This document shows positions 36,678 through 46,833 of a stretch of 64,000 nucleotides of DNA, piece by piece. The DNA is from Macrostomum hystrix (taxonomy: Eukaryota > Animalia > Platyhelminthes). The number at the start of each line of letters is the position of its first letter. Position 1 is the first letter of the stretch. Where the stretch lies: contig CATNEN010000007.1 in NCBI GenBank assembly GCA_950097015.1, positions 7,192,001 to 7,256,000 of the forward strand. Reading direction: 5' to 3'. The position numbers were made by a program, and so were the translations under genes. Under the pieces are notes generated by a model that saw only the letters and a program-made list of their open reading frames with translations, was not told the DNA's origin and ran no database searches.

Positions 36678-37109
36678 ATGATTGAAACCAGAACCGTGAA
36701 TAAAATCAGCCGAATTATCGACTCTAAGAAGCCAGGAGTTGTATCAATTAAAGGTGTCAAAGTCAAAGTAGATCCAATCCAGCAAATGATCCATTGTAAC
36801 AATCAAACGCACAATATCACTGATGAGAAGACAGGCGGGATTCTTCCTTTGCTAACTCTTATCCCCATCATCGCAGGTGCTCTTGGTGCTGCAGGAGGTG
36901 TAGCCGGCGGAGTTGCATCAGCTGTGAAGGCTGGCAATGACAGAGCACACCAACAAGAGATGGAGAAAATCGCTAGAGAAAAAGGAGTCAGAATCGGAAT
37001 GGGTAGTTGTGAATCTGATGAATCAGCTGATGAATCAGTCAGCAAATCAGAAATCGTTAAAGCCATCATGACACTGCATAAAGCAGGATTTACAATACTC
37101 CGGATGTGA
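36678..37109 (+). CDS. Adenovirus pX-like virion/core protein, 143 aa
   Basis: TGG|ILPLLTLIPIIAGALGAAGGVAGGVASAV resembles the hydrophobic C-terminal segment of adenovirus pX (GGILPLLIPLIAAAIGA...). Confidence 0.7.
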   Translation: MIETRTVNKISRIIDSKKPGVVSIKGVKVKVDPIQQMIHCNNQTHNITDEKTGGILPLLTLIPIIAGALGAAGGVAGGVASAVKAGNDRAHQQEMEKIAREKGVRIGMGSCESDESADESVSKSEIVKAIMTLHKAGFTILRM

Positions 37110-37233
37110 AAACAGAACAGAACAGAATCTGCTCTCATAACTATATTTAGCACTGTTGGTAGTAGTTTGCCATACTTTACACTTCACTTGAGGGTGACCA
37201 CCCTAAATTTTTTTTATAAAATTTTCATTAAAA

Positions 37234-40200
37234 ATGCCTAAAGCAATTCCAGAAAAAAAATTTGTCGAATCTTTCTTTCAAAATTATTGTCCTCAAGCCT
37301 CATTCTTTTCAGCAGAAAAGTAAAGTTTTGCAAGAGCTTTGCAGGCAGAAATTCAATACAGATCCAGGCTACCTCGGGAGCTATGCAAAGATGCAAGAAA
37401 TTATTAATCAGCTTCTGCATTCAGAGCAGTACACACCCGTGATGAACCCTGCAGCTGAGCATCAACAAAAGAGCCGCAGCTTAGTCAATAAGTATGAGAC
37501 ACTCACAGGTCAAAATGTGTTGAAATACCCACAGAATAAGCAAGAGCAAGAAGATCTAGAACGTACAATCCACCAGGTTGAAGCAGAGCTACAAGTAGAG
37601 CTACAAACTGAAGACCTTAAATTTGCACAGAGAAAATTCACAGAGTATTATATTGAGTACACAATCCAGGAAGACACCACAAATTCCCAATCCGACATTT
37701 ACGACTTCAAAGACAGAATTCAATCAGTAATTGATCACACACTGAAGTCACGTAAGACCTTCAAGCTTCAGTTATCATTCAAGATTGAATTTTACATGCC
37801 TGCAAAACCCACTGAGCGTCTTGAATACTACATGACTACTAAAGCTCTACCCTTTACTCCCACTGACACACAGGATCCCTTTCTTCAAGAGATCAGTAAA
37901 AAGATTGACGCCTTTACTTCCAGAGGATCAGGTTGGGTTGTCAATGGCATTCAAAAAGCTACAGTAATGATCATTAAATATGACCCTCTCAAAGCTTCAT
38001 CATATATTGTGCTCCCGAAAAAGTTAGCGGATAAAAAAGCTTGCATCAATGTGCAAAATGATGACCAATGCTGCGCACTATGGGCCGTTCTGTCTGCAAT
38101 ATTGTATGACAAGGATCGAGCCCACCCAGAGAGAACTTCTCATTATAAAATGTATTTTGACGCAAAACTTTTAGAATGCCATGCTAAAGGAATTTCCTTC
38201 AATAGAGGTGGCTTGGCAATCGATCAAATCCCAAAGCTAGAGGAAGTATTTAACAATAAAATCAGAATCACAGTCTTTGAATGGAATGAGAAGAGCGAAA
38301 AAGTACAGTTAGTCAGAGCCAGTAAAAACACGCTAGATCCTGAAGGTAGGCGTCGCATAGATGTCGATCTTCTAATCATAGGTGATTTGCGAGAAAATGC
38401 CCACTACGTTTGGATTAAAGATCTTTCCAGGCTCCTCCACAAGCAAATGAACAATCATCATGAATCGGTAGCAATCTGCCGTCTTTGTCTGAAGCATTAT
38501 AGTGGACCCGATCGTGATGAAAAACTTAAAGAGCATGAACTGACCTGTGAAGATCATCCAACCAACTGCACACTTCCAACGGATAAGCATCTCAGATTTA
38601 AGAGTTATCACAAGATGGAGAAGCTCCCGTTTATAGTGTATGCCGACTTCGAATGTACTATAAACCCTGAAACCAATAAGCATGTCCCAAATTCTGTTGC
38701 ATATCTCTTTATTGGAAGAGACTCTTTTATTGACTCAAAGTATTTCTTAGGTGACCAGTGTGTTGAACAATTCATTTACTCGATGATGGAATTACAGAAA
38801 AATGTTGCTGCCATTCAGCCTGTTCGAATAATTATGTCCGATCAAGATGAAATCGACTTCGGATCTGCAACTCATTGTCACATTTGCCGAAAGCTATTAA
38901 CACCCTGCGACGTCAAAAACCACACAGTCAGAGACCACGATCACTTCACAGGAAAATTTAGAGGGGCAGCTCATAACACCTGTAATCTGAAACTTCAGAA
39001 AAACATCCGCGACCTTACCATTTTCTTCCATAACGGAAGGGGATATGATTATCACTTATTGGTTGAGAAGCTGGGTATGATACCAGGCATTAAACTAGAT
39101 TGCATCGCAGAGAACAAAGAAAAGTTCAAGTGCATTGATATTAAGCGAGATTCAGGCAAGATTAAGATCAAAGATTCATTCCAGTTTCTGGCCGCCAGTC
39201 TCGACGCTTTGAGTAAAAATCTCACCGATGACCAATGCACTTACACCAAGATGCTGGCAGATTCCCCAGATTCATTTAAGCTTCTTAGAAAGAAAGGCGT
39301 CTACCCTTATGAATGTAATCACGTCTTTGCAGAACCACTACCACCCAAGGACAAGTTCTTTTCAAAGCTAACAAACTCTGGGATTTCTGATGAAGATTAT
39401 GAGCATGCTCAGACTGTTTACAAACATTTTAACTGTCGAAACTTTCTTGATTATCACATGCTTTACCTTTGGACTGATGTCTTTCTTCTAGCTGATGTAT
39501 TTGAAACCTTTAGAAAGACCTGGTACTCTGCTTATGGTCTTGACCCTGCTCATTATGTGTCTTTGCCTGCTACCAGTTGGGAATCATTGCTTAAAATGAA
39601 ATGGGATCAAAATCCCAACTGGTACATCGAGCTGCTTACAGACATAGACATGTACAACTTTATAGATTCATCTAAGAGAGGGGGCATCTCAATTTGTGTC
39701 CATAGGCATGCAAAGGCGAACAATCCGTATCTAGAAGACTATGATAAAGAAAAGCCTTCAAACTACATCCTTTACCTGGATGCCAACAACCTCTATGGTT
39801 GGGCTATGAGCCAAGATTTACCTGTTAGAGATTTTAGGTGGCTAGATACTTATAAACTCGACTTTTCAATACCTGCGATCTATGAAGTTGATGTTGAAAT
39901 CCTAAGGGAACTTCACGACGATTTCTCTGACTTTGCCCCCTTCCCTGAGAACATTAACTGTCCAAAGATAATCCAGTACAATGATGGAAGCTGGCAGCTA
40001 TCTGAAAAAGAAAAAGAGCGTGTGAAAAAGTTAACACAAAATCTCATGAACAAGACACGCTACATCATTCATTACAAACTGTTGCAGTATTTTATCTCCC
40101 TAGGCTGTAGGGTCACGAATGTTCACAGGGCTCTCGCATTCACAGAAGAAGCGTGGATGAAGCCATACATAGAAAAAAACACCCAGTTTAGAACTAAAGC

Positions 40201-41026
40201 AACAAACAGCTTTGACAAGGACCTGTTCAAGCTTGCAAACAACTCTGTCTATGGCAAGACCCTAGAAAACGAACGCAACCGCACGAACCTGAAGCTCGTT
40301 ACCTGTTATGAGCCTGGTACTATTCAGACAAGTTTATCAAAGCCCACTTTCAAAGAGCTTCATATCTTTAATGATTACTTGGGTGCCATACTGTTCTATA
40401 AGACTAAAGTTACCCTATGCAAGCCGATATTCACAGGTGTGACTGTACTCGATGAGTCGAAGCGTCTGATGTATAAATTCTTCTATGACATGAAGCGGCA
40501 ATATGGTGAACAACTGAAACTTCTATATACTGACACAGACTCCCTAATTCTAAACATACAGACTGAGGATGTCTATCAGGACATGTTGAATCAAAAACAT
40601 CTGTATGACCTATCCGAATATCCAGAGTCCTTCAAGACTTTGAAAGGTGATCAAGTACGCGACACTAGAAATCAAAAAGTTGTAGGAAAAATGAAGGATG
40701 AAACGGCTGGCACCCTCATTACAGAGTTTATCGGTTTGAGGGCAAAGTCCTATTTTGTAAAAAGTTGCAAGTCTACCATTAAAAAATCAAAAGGAATCCC
40801 AAAACATGTTGTTAAAAACGATCTCCATGAAGCTTCATACAAGGACGCATTGATCAATAATAAAAGTACTACTCATGAATTTATGAAACTGCAGTCTAAG
40901 AACCACAACATTCACACAATTCAACAGAAGAAGATAGGCCTCTCAGGTGCCGATAACAAACGACATATCTTTGATGACAACATTAACAGCCTACCATTTG
41001 GACACTATAGATTAAATAATTTGTAA
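37234..41026 (+). CDS. Protein-primed family B DNA polymerase (pPolB); likely start ATG 37234 is out of frame across an A8 run; continuous ORF 37262-41026
   Basis: ExoI YADFE, ExoII FHNGRGYD, PolA LDANNLYGWAM, PolB KLANNSVYGK, PolC YTDTDS; inserted EndoVII-like CHIC...RDHDHFTGKFRGAAHNTCN. Confidence 0.95.
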
Positions 41027-41057
41027 CAAAATTTGTTACAAAAATTTGTAAAAAAAA

Positions 41058-41456
41058 ATGACAACTAATATTTATTTAGAAGAGCTAGCTCAGCAATTAA
41101 AAATCCCAAACTTCAGAGGCGTCTTTATGAAGGATACACTGCCAGAAACCCCACTAGAAAAAGAATGTGGAATCATGAACTTTGACCCTGCAGAAAAGCC
41201 AGGTTCTCATTGGGTTTGTTGGGTAATTGATCCGAACCGTAAACACAAGTACTATTACTTTGATAGCTATGGAACTGCTGTACCTGAACAACTGAGAAAT
41301 TATATGACTCATATGAGACATAAAATATACCGCTCAGATTTTATACTCCAGGGTATTAACAGTGATATTTGTGGTGAGCTATGTATGACTGTTTTGTATG
41401 CAATGACCCACACCCGAAAAAGTTACAAAGAAATCATTTTAGGGCTGAAAAAATAA
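41058..41456 (+). CDS. Adenain-like cysteine (maturation) protease, 132 aa
   Basis: GSHWVC, YFDSYG and QGINSDICG give the His-Asp-Gln-Cys arrangement of adenoviral/Polinton proteases. Confidence 0.92.
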   Translation: MTTNIYLEELAQQLKIPNFRGVFMKDTLPETPLEKECGIMNFDPAEKPGSHWVCWVIDPNRKHKYYYFDSYGTAVPEQLRNYMTHMRHKIYRSDFILQGINSDICGELCMTVLYAMTHTRKSYKEIILGLKK

Positions 41457-41481
41457 TTTTTTTAGGTCCCGTTAGGTCCTG

Positions 41482-42105
41482 TTAGGTCTTGTTCATTTTC
41501 GCTGCTTTCGCCACATGCTGTTTGAACACATTCTCCAGATCATTTCTTAGCTGGCTCATTTCATCAATGGTATTTAGATTAAGCCTAACTCGTTGCTCAT
41601 AGAGGTCTTGAATGTTTTTAAACTCATCCTCTGAAATGAACTTGTCTTCAATCGCCTTTGAGATGTACCCGATGATAGAGCTTTGTACTGATTTCTCATT
41701 TGTTTGCTTCGCATGTAGATGCTTTAGCTTTTGTCGTCTGTTCCGTGATAGTGCTCCTGTAACTGCTGAAATCAGACCACATGTGGCACCAGCAGCTCCG
41801 AGTGGAATGGCGATTGGCACAGTGATTACTGGAATTGTTGAAACAGCAGCTGCTGATCCCGATAGAACAGATGCAGATCCAAGAAACATATTAAGGTAAT
41901 CGATGACCTTGCACTCTCTATTATAGCGCTTCAGTTTCTTGGTATTATGATCAATTTGCCGTTTAATATCATCTCGCATCTTTTGAATCTCCACCAATCT
42001 GAATTGCTGCGAGTTACAAGTGAAAGTTGGGTAAAGGGGTTGTTGTGGGCTTGGGTTGTTTGGAGGCGCACTAGGTTCATATAGTGAGTTTATTTTTTCA
42101 GACAT
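41482..42105 (-). CDS. Polinton membrane-hairpin protein with N-terminal PSAP motif, 207 aa
   Basis: Coiled coil, then two adjacent hydrophobic helices, then a basic segment and DKFISEDEF. Confidence 0.8.
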   Translation of the reverse strand: MSEKINSLYEPSAPPNNPSPQQPLYPTFTCNSQQFRLVEIQKMRDDIKRQIDHNTKKLKRYNRECKVIDYLNMFLGSASVLSGSAAAVSTIPVITVPIAIPLGAAGATCGLISAVTGALSRNRRQKLKHLHAKQTNEKSVQSSIIGYISKAIEDKFISEDEFKNIQDLYEQRVRLNLNTIDEMSQLRNDLENVFKQHVAKAAKMNKT

Positions 42106-42136
42106 TTATTGAACGAAAAAAAATTATATAAATTTT

Positions 42137-42865
42137 TTATGACCTTTCTCGCAAATCTGTTGCACGCCTTGCCGCCTCCCTTGATGCCTCTTCTGATGGT
42201 CCATCAGATACTCTTGCTTCTTCAATGTCAATGTCTGGCAGATTGTGCAGTCTCTCTAGTCGGCCGAGTCTTCTTTTCGTTTTCCCCCAGTCGTTGTATA
42301 TCCTATTCAAATACTCAGTGTGTCTTGTTACGTTTAGCCCCATGGTTCTTAGTGTTTCCTTTGTTTCATTTGCTAGTCTCTGAAGAGTTGTTATATCTGA
42401 CTCTGCTGCTGTGAGTCGCGAACTCAATCTATCATGCACAGTGCTTGATCTTAGCATAAAGGCTTCTAAATTTCGAACTTTATTTGAATTTTCTGCTACT
42501 CTTTCTTCCACCAAGTTTGCTCGATTATTAATGGCAGTTCTCAGAGTGACGATGTCTGATCTCAGAGTGGCGATGTCTGATCTCAGAGTGGGTATCGCTG
42601 CAACAAGAGTATCCCGATCATGAACAAACTGTACATATAGTATGTCAATCTCTTCCTTCCGCTTTGCTACGCTCAACCGCAGGTCTTCCATGTTTATTTG
42701 TTGTTGGTGTGTTGCCCGCTCTAGGGCTTTCAAGCGATCTTTATTGAGTTTGATTTCTGGAATTTTTTCGTCAACATTTATATAACGCCTGTCAAGGTAA
42801 GAAACTTGAGCACTAGTGAGTGTGCTTCCGCGATCCAACGATTCACCTGCAAAATTAATAGACAT
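42137..42865 (-). CDS. Polinton coiled-coil protein (possible fibre), 242 aa
   Basis: Extended heptad pattern including the tandem TLRSDIA/TLRSDIV 21-bp duplication. Confidence 0.75.
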   Translation of the reverse strand: MSINFAGESLDRGSTLTSAQVSYLDRRYINVDEKIPEIKLNKDRLKALERATHQQQINMEDLRLSVAKRKEEIDILYVQFVHDRDTLVAAIPTLRSDIATLRSDIVTLRTAINNRANLVEERVAENSNKVRNLEAFMLRSSTVHDRLSSRLTAAESDITTLQRLANETKETLRTMGLNVTRHTEYLNRIYNDWGKTKRRLGRLERLHNLPDIDIEEARVSDGPSEEASREAARRATDLRERS

Positions 42866-42892
42866 TTTTTTAATAACAAAATTTAAATTAAT

Positions 42893-43693
42893 TTAAATTA
42901 CAGTTCTTTTTTCTTTGTTGATCATCACAAACTGGTAAGGTTGATTCCACTTTTCATAGCAAAGATTAACGAATTCCTCCTGTGAAATCTTTCTGTTGGA
43001 GTTTTTTGTTGGATTTACAAAATTGGCAGGCGCAATGACCTCATTGTATAATCTTTTTAGCCTGTCCTGTGGAATTGTTGGAAACAGGAGGATCAGATTG
43101 CAGTTCCCACGAATTGTTTTGTTCGGGAGCTCGAACCAGTTCTGGGCAATGTAAATCACGTTACAATTGTTGTGCCGTCCTCTTGTAAAATAGTTTTCTA
43201 TCTGCTTCTGTGGGCCTGTCATGCAATCATCAAAGACAATCAAATGTTTTCTCCCCTTTTCTAGCTCATCTGGTTGGGGTAGAAGTTTGGTCTTAGGATC
43301 AACCTGCGGATCTCCGTATGTGAACACTTTAATGTTCTGCCATTTTTCATTGTCTTTGATGTACTTTGCATATTCGGCAGCTACAATTTCTGGGTTACTG
43401 GGAAGGCTCTTTTGGTTATTAAAACATTGAATAATGTGCTCTTTGTGCAGTCTGTTTTGCAGTCCAGAGATCAACATTTTATACTCATCTTGATACAGGG
43501 TGGGAGAGTAGATGTGCAGAGTGTCATAGTCGATAAAGCCAGGTCTAAGAAGCATGTTAAAGACTCTGAATGTTTTGCCTGAACCTGATGAACCAACAAC
43601 AATGCATCTGAAGTGACCCGGGATTGACTCATGATGAGAAAACTTAATCTGATTACGTGTCCAGTGAGGATTGAAGTCGTTTGAAAAGTCCAT
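42893..43693 (-). CDS. A32/FtsK-like DNA packaging ATPase, ~266 aa
   Basis: Walker A GSSGSGKT, Walker B LIVFDD, TRGRH and YIAQ motifs; ATG 43693 in A-rich context. Confidence 0.93.
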   Translation of the reverse strand: MDFSNDFNPHWTRNQIKFSHHESIPGHFRCIVVGSSGSGKTFRVFNMLLRPGFIDYDTLHIYSPTLYQDEYKMLISGLQNRLHKEHIIQCFNNQKSLPSNPEIVAAEYAKYIKDNEKWQNIKVFTYGDPQVDPKTKLLPQPDELEKGRKHLIVFDDCMTGPQKQIENYFTRGRHNNCNVIYIAQNWFELPNKTIRGNCNLILLFPTIPQDRLKRLYNEVIAPANFVNPTKNSNRKISQEEFVNLCYEKWNQPYQFVMINKEKRTVI

Positions 43694-43736
43694 TTTTCTA
43701 TGATGAAAAAAAATTAAAAAAGAGTAAATCATTTAT

Positions 43737-43832
43737 AAGATGTGTCTAGGACTTAGATGTGTCTAGGACTTAGATGTGTCTATTTGGGACTTAGATGTGT
43801 CTTTTTGGGACTTAGATGTGTCTATTTGGGAC
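43737..43832. repeat. Short 17/21-bp tandem repeats (GGACTTAGATGTGTCTA...) upstream of the ATPase
   Basis: Seen directly. Confidence 0.8.
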
Positions 43833-43876
43833 TAGTCTTGTACCCTTACATGTCTTGTACCCTCGAAAAGCACCCT

Positions 43877-44287
43877 TTAGTCAAATTTGAAACCACTTCC
43901 TTTTTTAATGCTAGCTATGCTAGCTCTCATCTTCTCGTAGATTGCAGGGTCCACACTGTCTGGATTCGGGGCCAGCGGAGCCAGCGGAGCCAGCGGAGCC
44001 AGCGGAGCCAATGGTGGCTGAATATCTTGTGTTACAGTATCCTTTATCTTTTTAGCCGCAGTGACAACGCTTCCCACAGATTCAGCCACGTTCTTAATAT
44101 TATCTTTGTTCTCACTAATGACTTTAAAGACCCGAGCACCCTGTGCAATTATATCAGCAAGACCATTCCCGGAGCGTTCTTTCCTCGGATAGTGGCCTGC
44201 CGGGAAAAGTCCGGATCCACGCTTAATTAGATTAAGTTCCTCCTTGTCATAGTATTTGTCCACGTCTTTTTCGAAAATAATCGGCAT
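43877..44287 (-). CDS. Putative protease-processed virion protein, 136 aa
   Basis: GxG sites (RGSG|L, SGNG|L, KGSG|F), amphipathic helix, (PLA)5 repeat. Confidence 0.75.
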   Translation of the reverse strand: MPIIFEKDVDKYYDKEELNLIKRGSGLFPAGHYPRKERSGNGLADIIAQGARVFKVISENKDNIKNVAESVGSVVTAAKKIKDTVTQDIQPPLAPLAPLAPLAPLAPNPDSVDPAIYEKMRASIASIKKGSGFKFD

Positions 44288-44304
44288 TTTTATTAGGGAA
44301 GAAA

Positions 44305-45492
44305 TTATTTTTTGTTAAAACGTGAAAGCAGAAGCTCTCTTGCCCGTTTGTCGATATACTTCTTTTCCATCATTTTGTCCAGGATGTTGACAAATTCTTT
44401 TCTATTTTCGTCTTTCATGCCAGTCTTTGCAGCTCCAAGAAGAACAGCCACTCGCTTATAGATGTCAGAAATTCCTGTTCCTTGAAATGATTGGTCAGTG
44501 GAGGACTGGTCGGTGGAGGACTGGGGTGAACTCTCAACTGCTCTTTGTTGTGGTGTGAACACTCTTGCTTTGATTTTATTCATTTGAGCTGGGGAGAAAT
44601 TTTCTAGTTGTTGCCAGGCATCTGGGTGATCATTTTTATATTTAGCTACTTGAGTCGGCTCTGCATTTTCAAGGGCACTGAGTATGTCTTCGGGTGTTGA
44701 TTCAGATGTTTGTTGCTGCTGTGGCGGTTGCTGCTGTGGCGGTTGCTGCTGGGGCGGTTGCTGCTGTGGCGGTTGCTGTTCTAGATATTTTATGGCATCT
44801 TCTTGATCTGGCAAACCAAACCATTGTTTAAAATGCTTGTACTTTTTGAATCTGGTCAGGATGACACCGTTGTCATGCATCATTTTCAGAACTTGTGGGA
44901 GCTTTAGTATTTCTATATCTCTAGCAAGAGCAAAACTCACTAGATCTCTATAGTTCTTTAGCTGCTTGTCCGAAATTTTCTCTTGGTTCTTAGTCATAAA
45001 ATTCAGTAAGGTTTCTGTGTAAATTATTCTCTTAGTTTCTGGGCCTTTGACAACAGAAATATGGTTCTTGTTTATGTCGATATAATATTCCACTGGTTCA
45101 TTATAAATGTTTTTTCTCCACATACTTATTCCGAATACATATTTCCCATCATGTTCTACACGTTCTACTGGTCCAAAAATGTTATCTGTCACTTTTAGTT
45201 GTGACTGTTGTGGGACTTGGACTTGCGGATCTGCAGATTGATGTATCTGCGGTGCTTCTGGAATTTTGTCCAAAGCCTTTTGCACCTGGGTTTCCTGTAT
45301 GTCGTCAATAGTTTCTTTGACTTGATCAATATTTTTCTTAGCTTCTCCATACCCGGGTTTATGAAACTCTGTGGCTGCTTGGACAAACTCATTGTAGGAT
45401 TGTTGCTCCTTATTGATTAGCCCGGTAACTCTCTTTTCTGCTTGTGCTAGCTTCTCCAATTCAGATATTTGGTGCGCATTTTTTCGCTTCAT
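44305..45492 (-). CDS. Polinton putative core protein, 395 aa
   Basis: (QQQPP)n linker; C-terminal QGTG|ISDIYKRVAVLLGAAKTG...EFVNILDKM helical domain of the type seen in Polinton core proteins. Confidence 0.75.
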   Translation of the reverse strand: MKRKNAHQISELEKLAQAEKRVTGLINKEQQSYNEFVQAATEFHKPGYGEAKKNIDQVKETIDDIQETQVQKALDKIPEAPQIHQSADPQVQVPQQSQLKVTDNIFGPVERVEHDGKYVFGISMWRKNIYNEPVEYYIDINKNHISVVKGPETKRIIYTETLLNFMTKNQEKISDKQLKNYRDLVSFALARDIEILKLPQVLKMMHDNGVILTRFKKYKHFKQWFGLPDQEDAIKYLEQQPPQQQPPQQQPPQQQPPQQQQTSESTPEDILSALENAEPTQVAKYKNDHPDAWQQLENFSPAQMNKIKARVFTPQQRAVESSPQSSTDQSSTDQSFQGTGISDIYKRVAVLLGAAKTGMKDENRKEFVNILDKMMEKKYIDKRARELLLSRFNKK

Positions 45493-45522
45493 TTCTTATT
45501 TTATTTTTTTTTAGTTTAAAAA

Positions 45523-46809
45523 ATGAACGACCCACTGACACCAGTTTTCTACAAAATTAACAAGCCTATTTTGAGTGATGATAGCACAATCAAAGCGACT
45601 CAAGTAAGAGTTCCCAGTCAGGAAAATCAGAATGAAACTAATCTTGGTCCTGGTCAAACACTGACATTCACCTACAATGGATGTTCGTCTCTGGTTAGTG
45701 TGCACAGTCTTAAGAGCGGCTTCCATATGACATTTCAATTCAAGACAAAGGGAGGTGCGGATGCAGCTCATGCTAACGTTGACAAGCATGATGCAGATGT
45801 GGCTCTGATCAGTAACTTTTGGGCGTACATGTTCAAGGAGTTTAGTGTATCGAATGGGAGCACAGAGTTGGAGCGAATCGCCAACTTTGGAGTTGTCTAT
45901 GACGCTCATTGTTTGATCGAGAATCCAGATTTTATTCAGTTGGGGAGTGGTGCAGGTTTCGTTGCAGATGAAAAAGAAGGAGATATCAATGACAGTGGCT
46001 ATAAAAAGAGGAAGAAGAGATACAACTATGCATTGCAAGGTGCTGATGATGCTGCTAAGAACCCGCTGTATCGGTCTGTTGATGTATTCATACCACTGAG
46101 ATTCATGAGTGGATTCTGCAATACATTTAATCGACTGACTAGTAACTTCAGCTACACCTTTAAGATGACTAGAGATGATCGCAATAGAGTGTTGTGGACT
46201 GGGGCGGACCACACTAGGATGGAGGTGAAGCTAACCGGAATCGAGTTGTATTTGGAAGTCATTGAGCCAAAGACCGCACTAAAAGCAGATTATCTCAAGG
46301 CAATAGAGAAGGACATTGATGTCGCCTACACGGCCTACATGTGTCGAGATGAGCGAAACGAAACCAGAACAAACATCTGCATTAAAGAGGGATCATGCAG
46401 CAATCCTAGGTATATTATTATTAACATGAGAAACCCAAATAACATTATACGCTACATGCATGGAGATGTGCGGTCCATTCAGCATGAAATCAGTGATAAT
46501 CTTTACCCCGCACTGCCACAAAATGGAAATTTCAGTCAGAACAAGATTAGCAAATTTTACAGCGAGTTGGTCGACTTGGCTGTGAAAGAGAACAATGGAA
46601 TTGCTATCACTGCTCTTCAATATGGAACTCTTTATCCGATGTTTGGCGCTGATGTGTCTGCCAGACAAATGCCTACTGACAACAGCCCTGTGAATATCGT
46701 GACTAACATTGAGAGGACTGCCGCAACTGCTGTTGACCTGTACATTATCTATGCGTTCGAGAGGAAGGTGAAGCTTAACATGATCAACAATTCATCCAGT
46801 AAAGTTTAA
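45523..46809 (+). CDS. Major capsid protein (double jelly-roll), 428 aa
   Basis: Size, beta-rich composition, VFIPLRFMSGF motif and position next to a penton-sized ORF inside a Polinton; fold inferred. Confidence 0.8.
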   Translation: MNDPLTPVFYKINKPILSDDSTIKATQVRVPSQENQNETNLGPGQTLTFTYNGCSSLVSVHSLKSGFHMTFQFKTKGGADAAHANVDKHDADVALISNFWAYMFKEFSVSNGSTELERIANFGVVYDAHCLIENPDFIQLGSGAGFVADEKEGDINDSGYKKRKKRYNYALQGADDAAKNPLYRSVDVFIPLRFMSGFCNTFNRLTSNFSYTFKMTRDDRNRVLWTGADHTRMEVKLTGIELYLEVIEPKTALKADYLKAIEKDIDVAYTAYMCRDERNETRTNICIKEGSCSNPRYIIINMRNPNNIIRYMHGDVRSIQHEISDNLYPALPQNGNFSQNKISKFYSELVDLAVKENNGIAITALQYGTLYPMFGADVSARQMPTDNSPVNIVTNIERTAATAVDLYIIYAFERKVKLNMINNSSSKV

Positions 46810-46833
46810 ATATTTTTTTTCGGGGCTAAAAAA

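Noticed and set aside
43693-43732. N-terminal extension of the ATPase ORF from 43732
   Set aside because: It runs through an AT spacer; ATG 43693 has the element's typical context.
45511-46668. Antisense ORFs within capsid, polB and other element genes
   Set aside because: Shadow ORFs with no motifs on the strand opposite well-supported genes.
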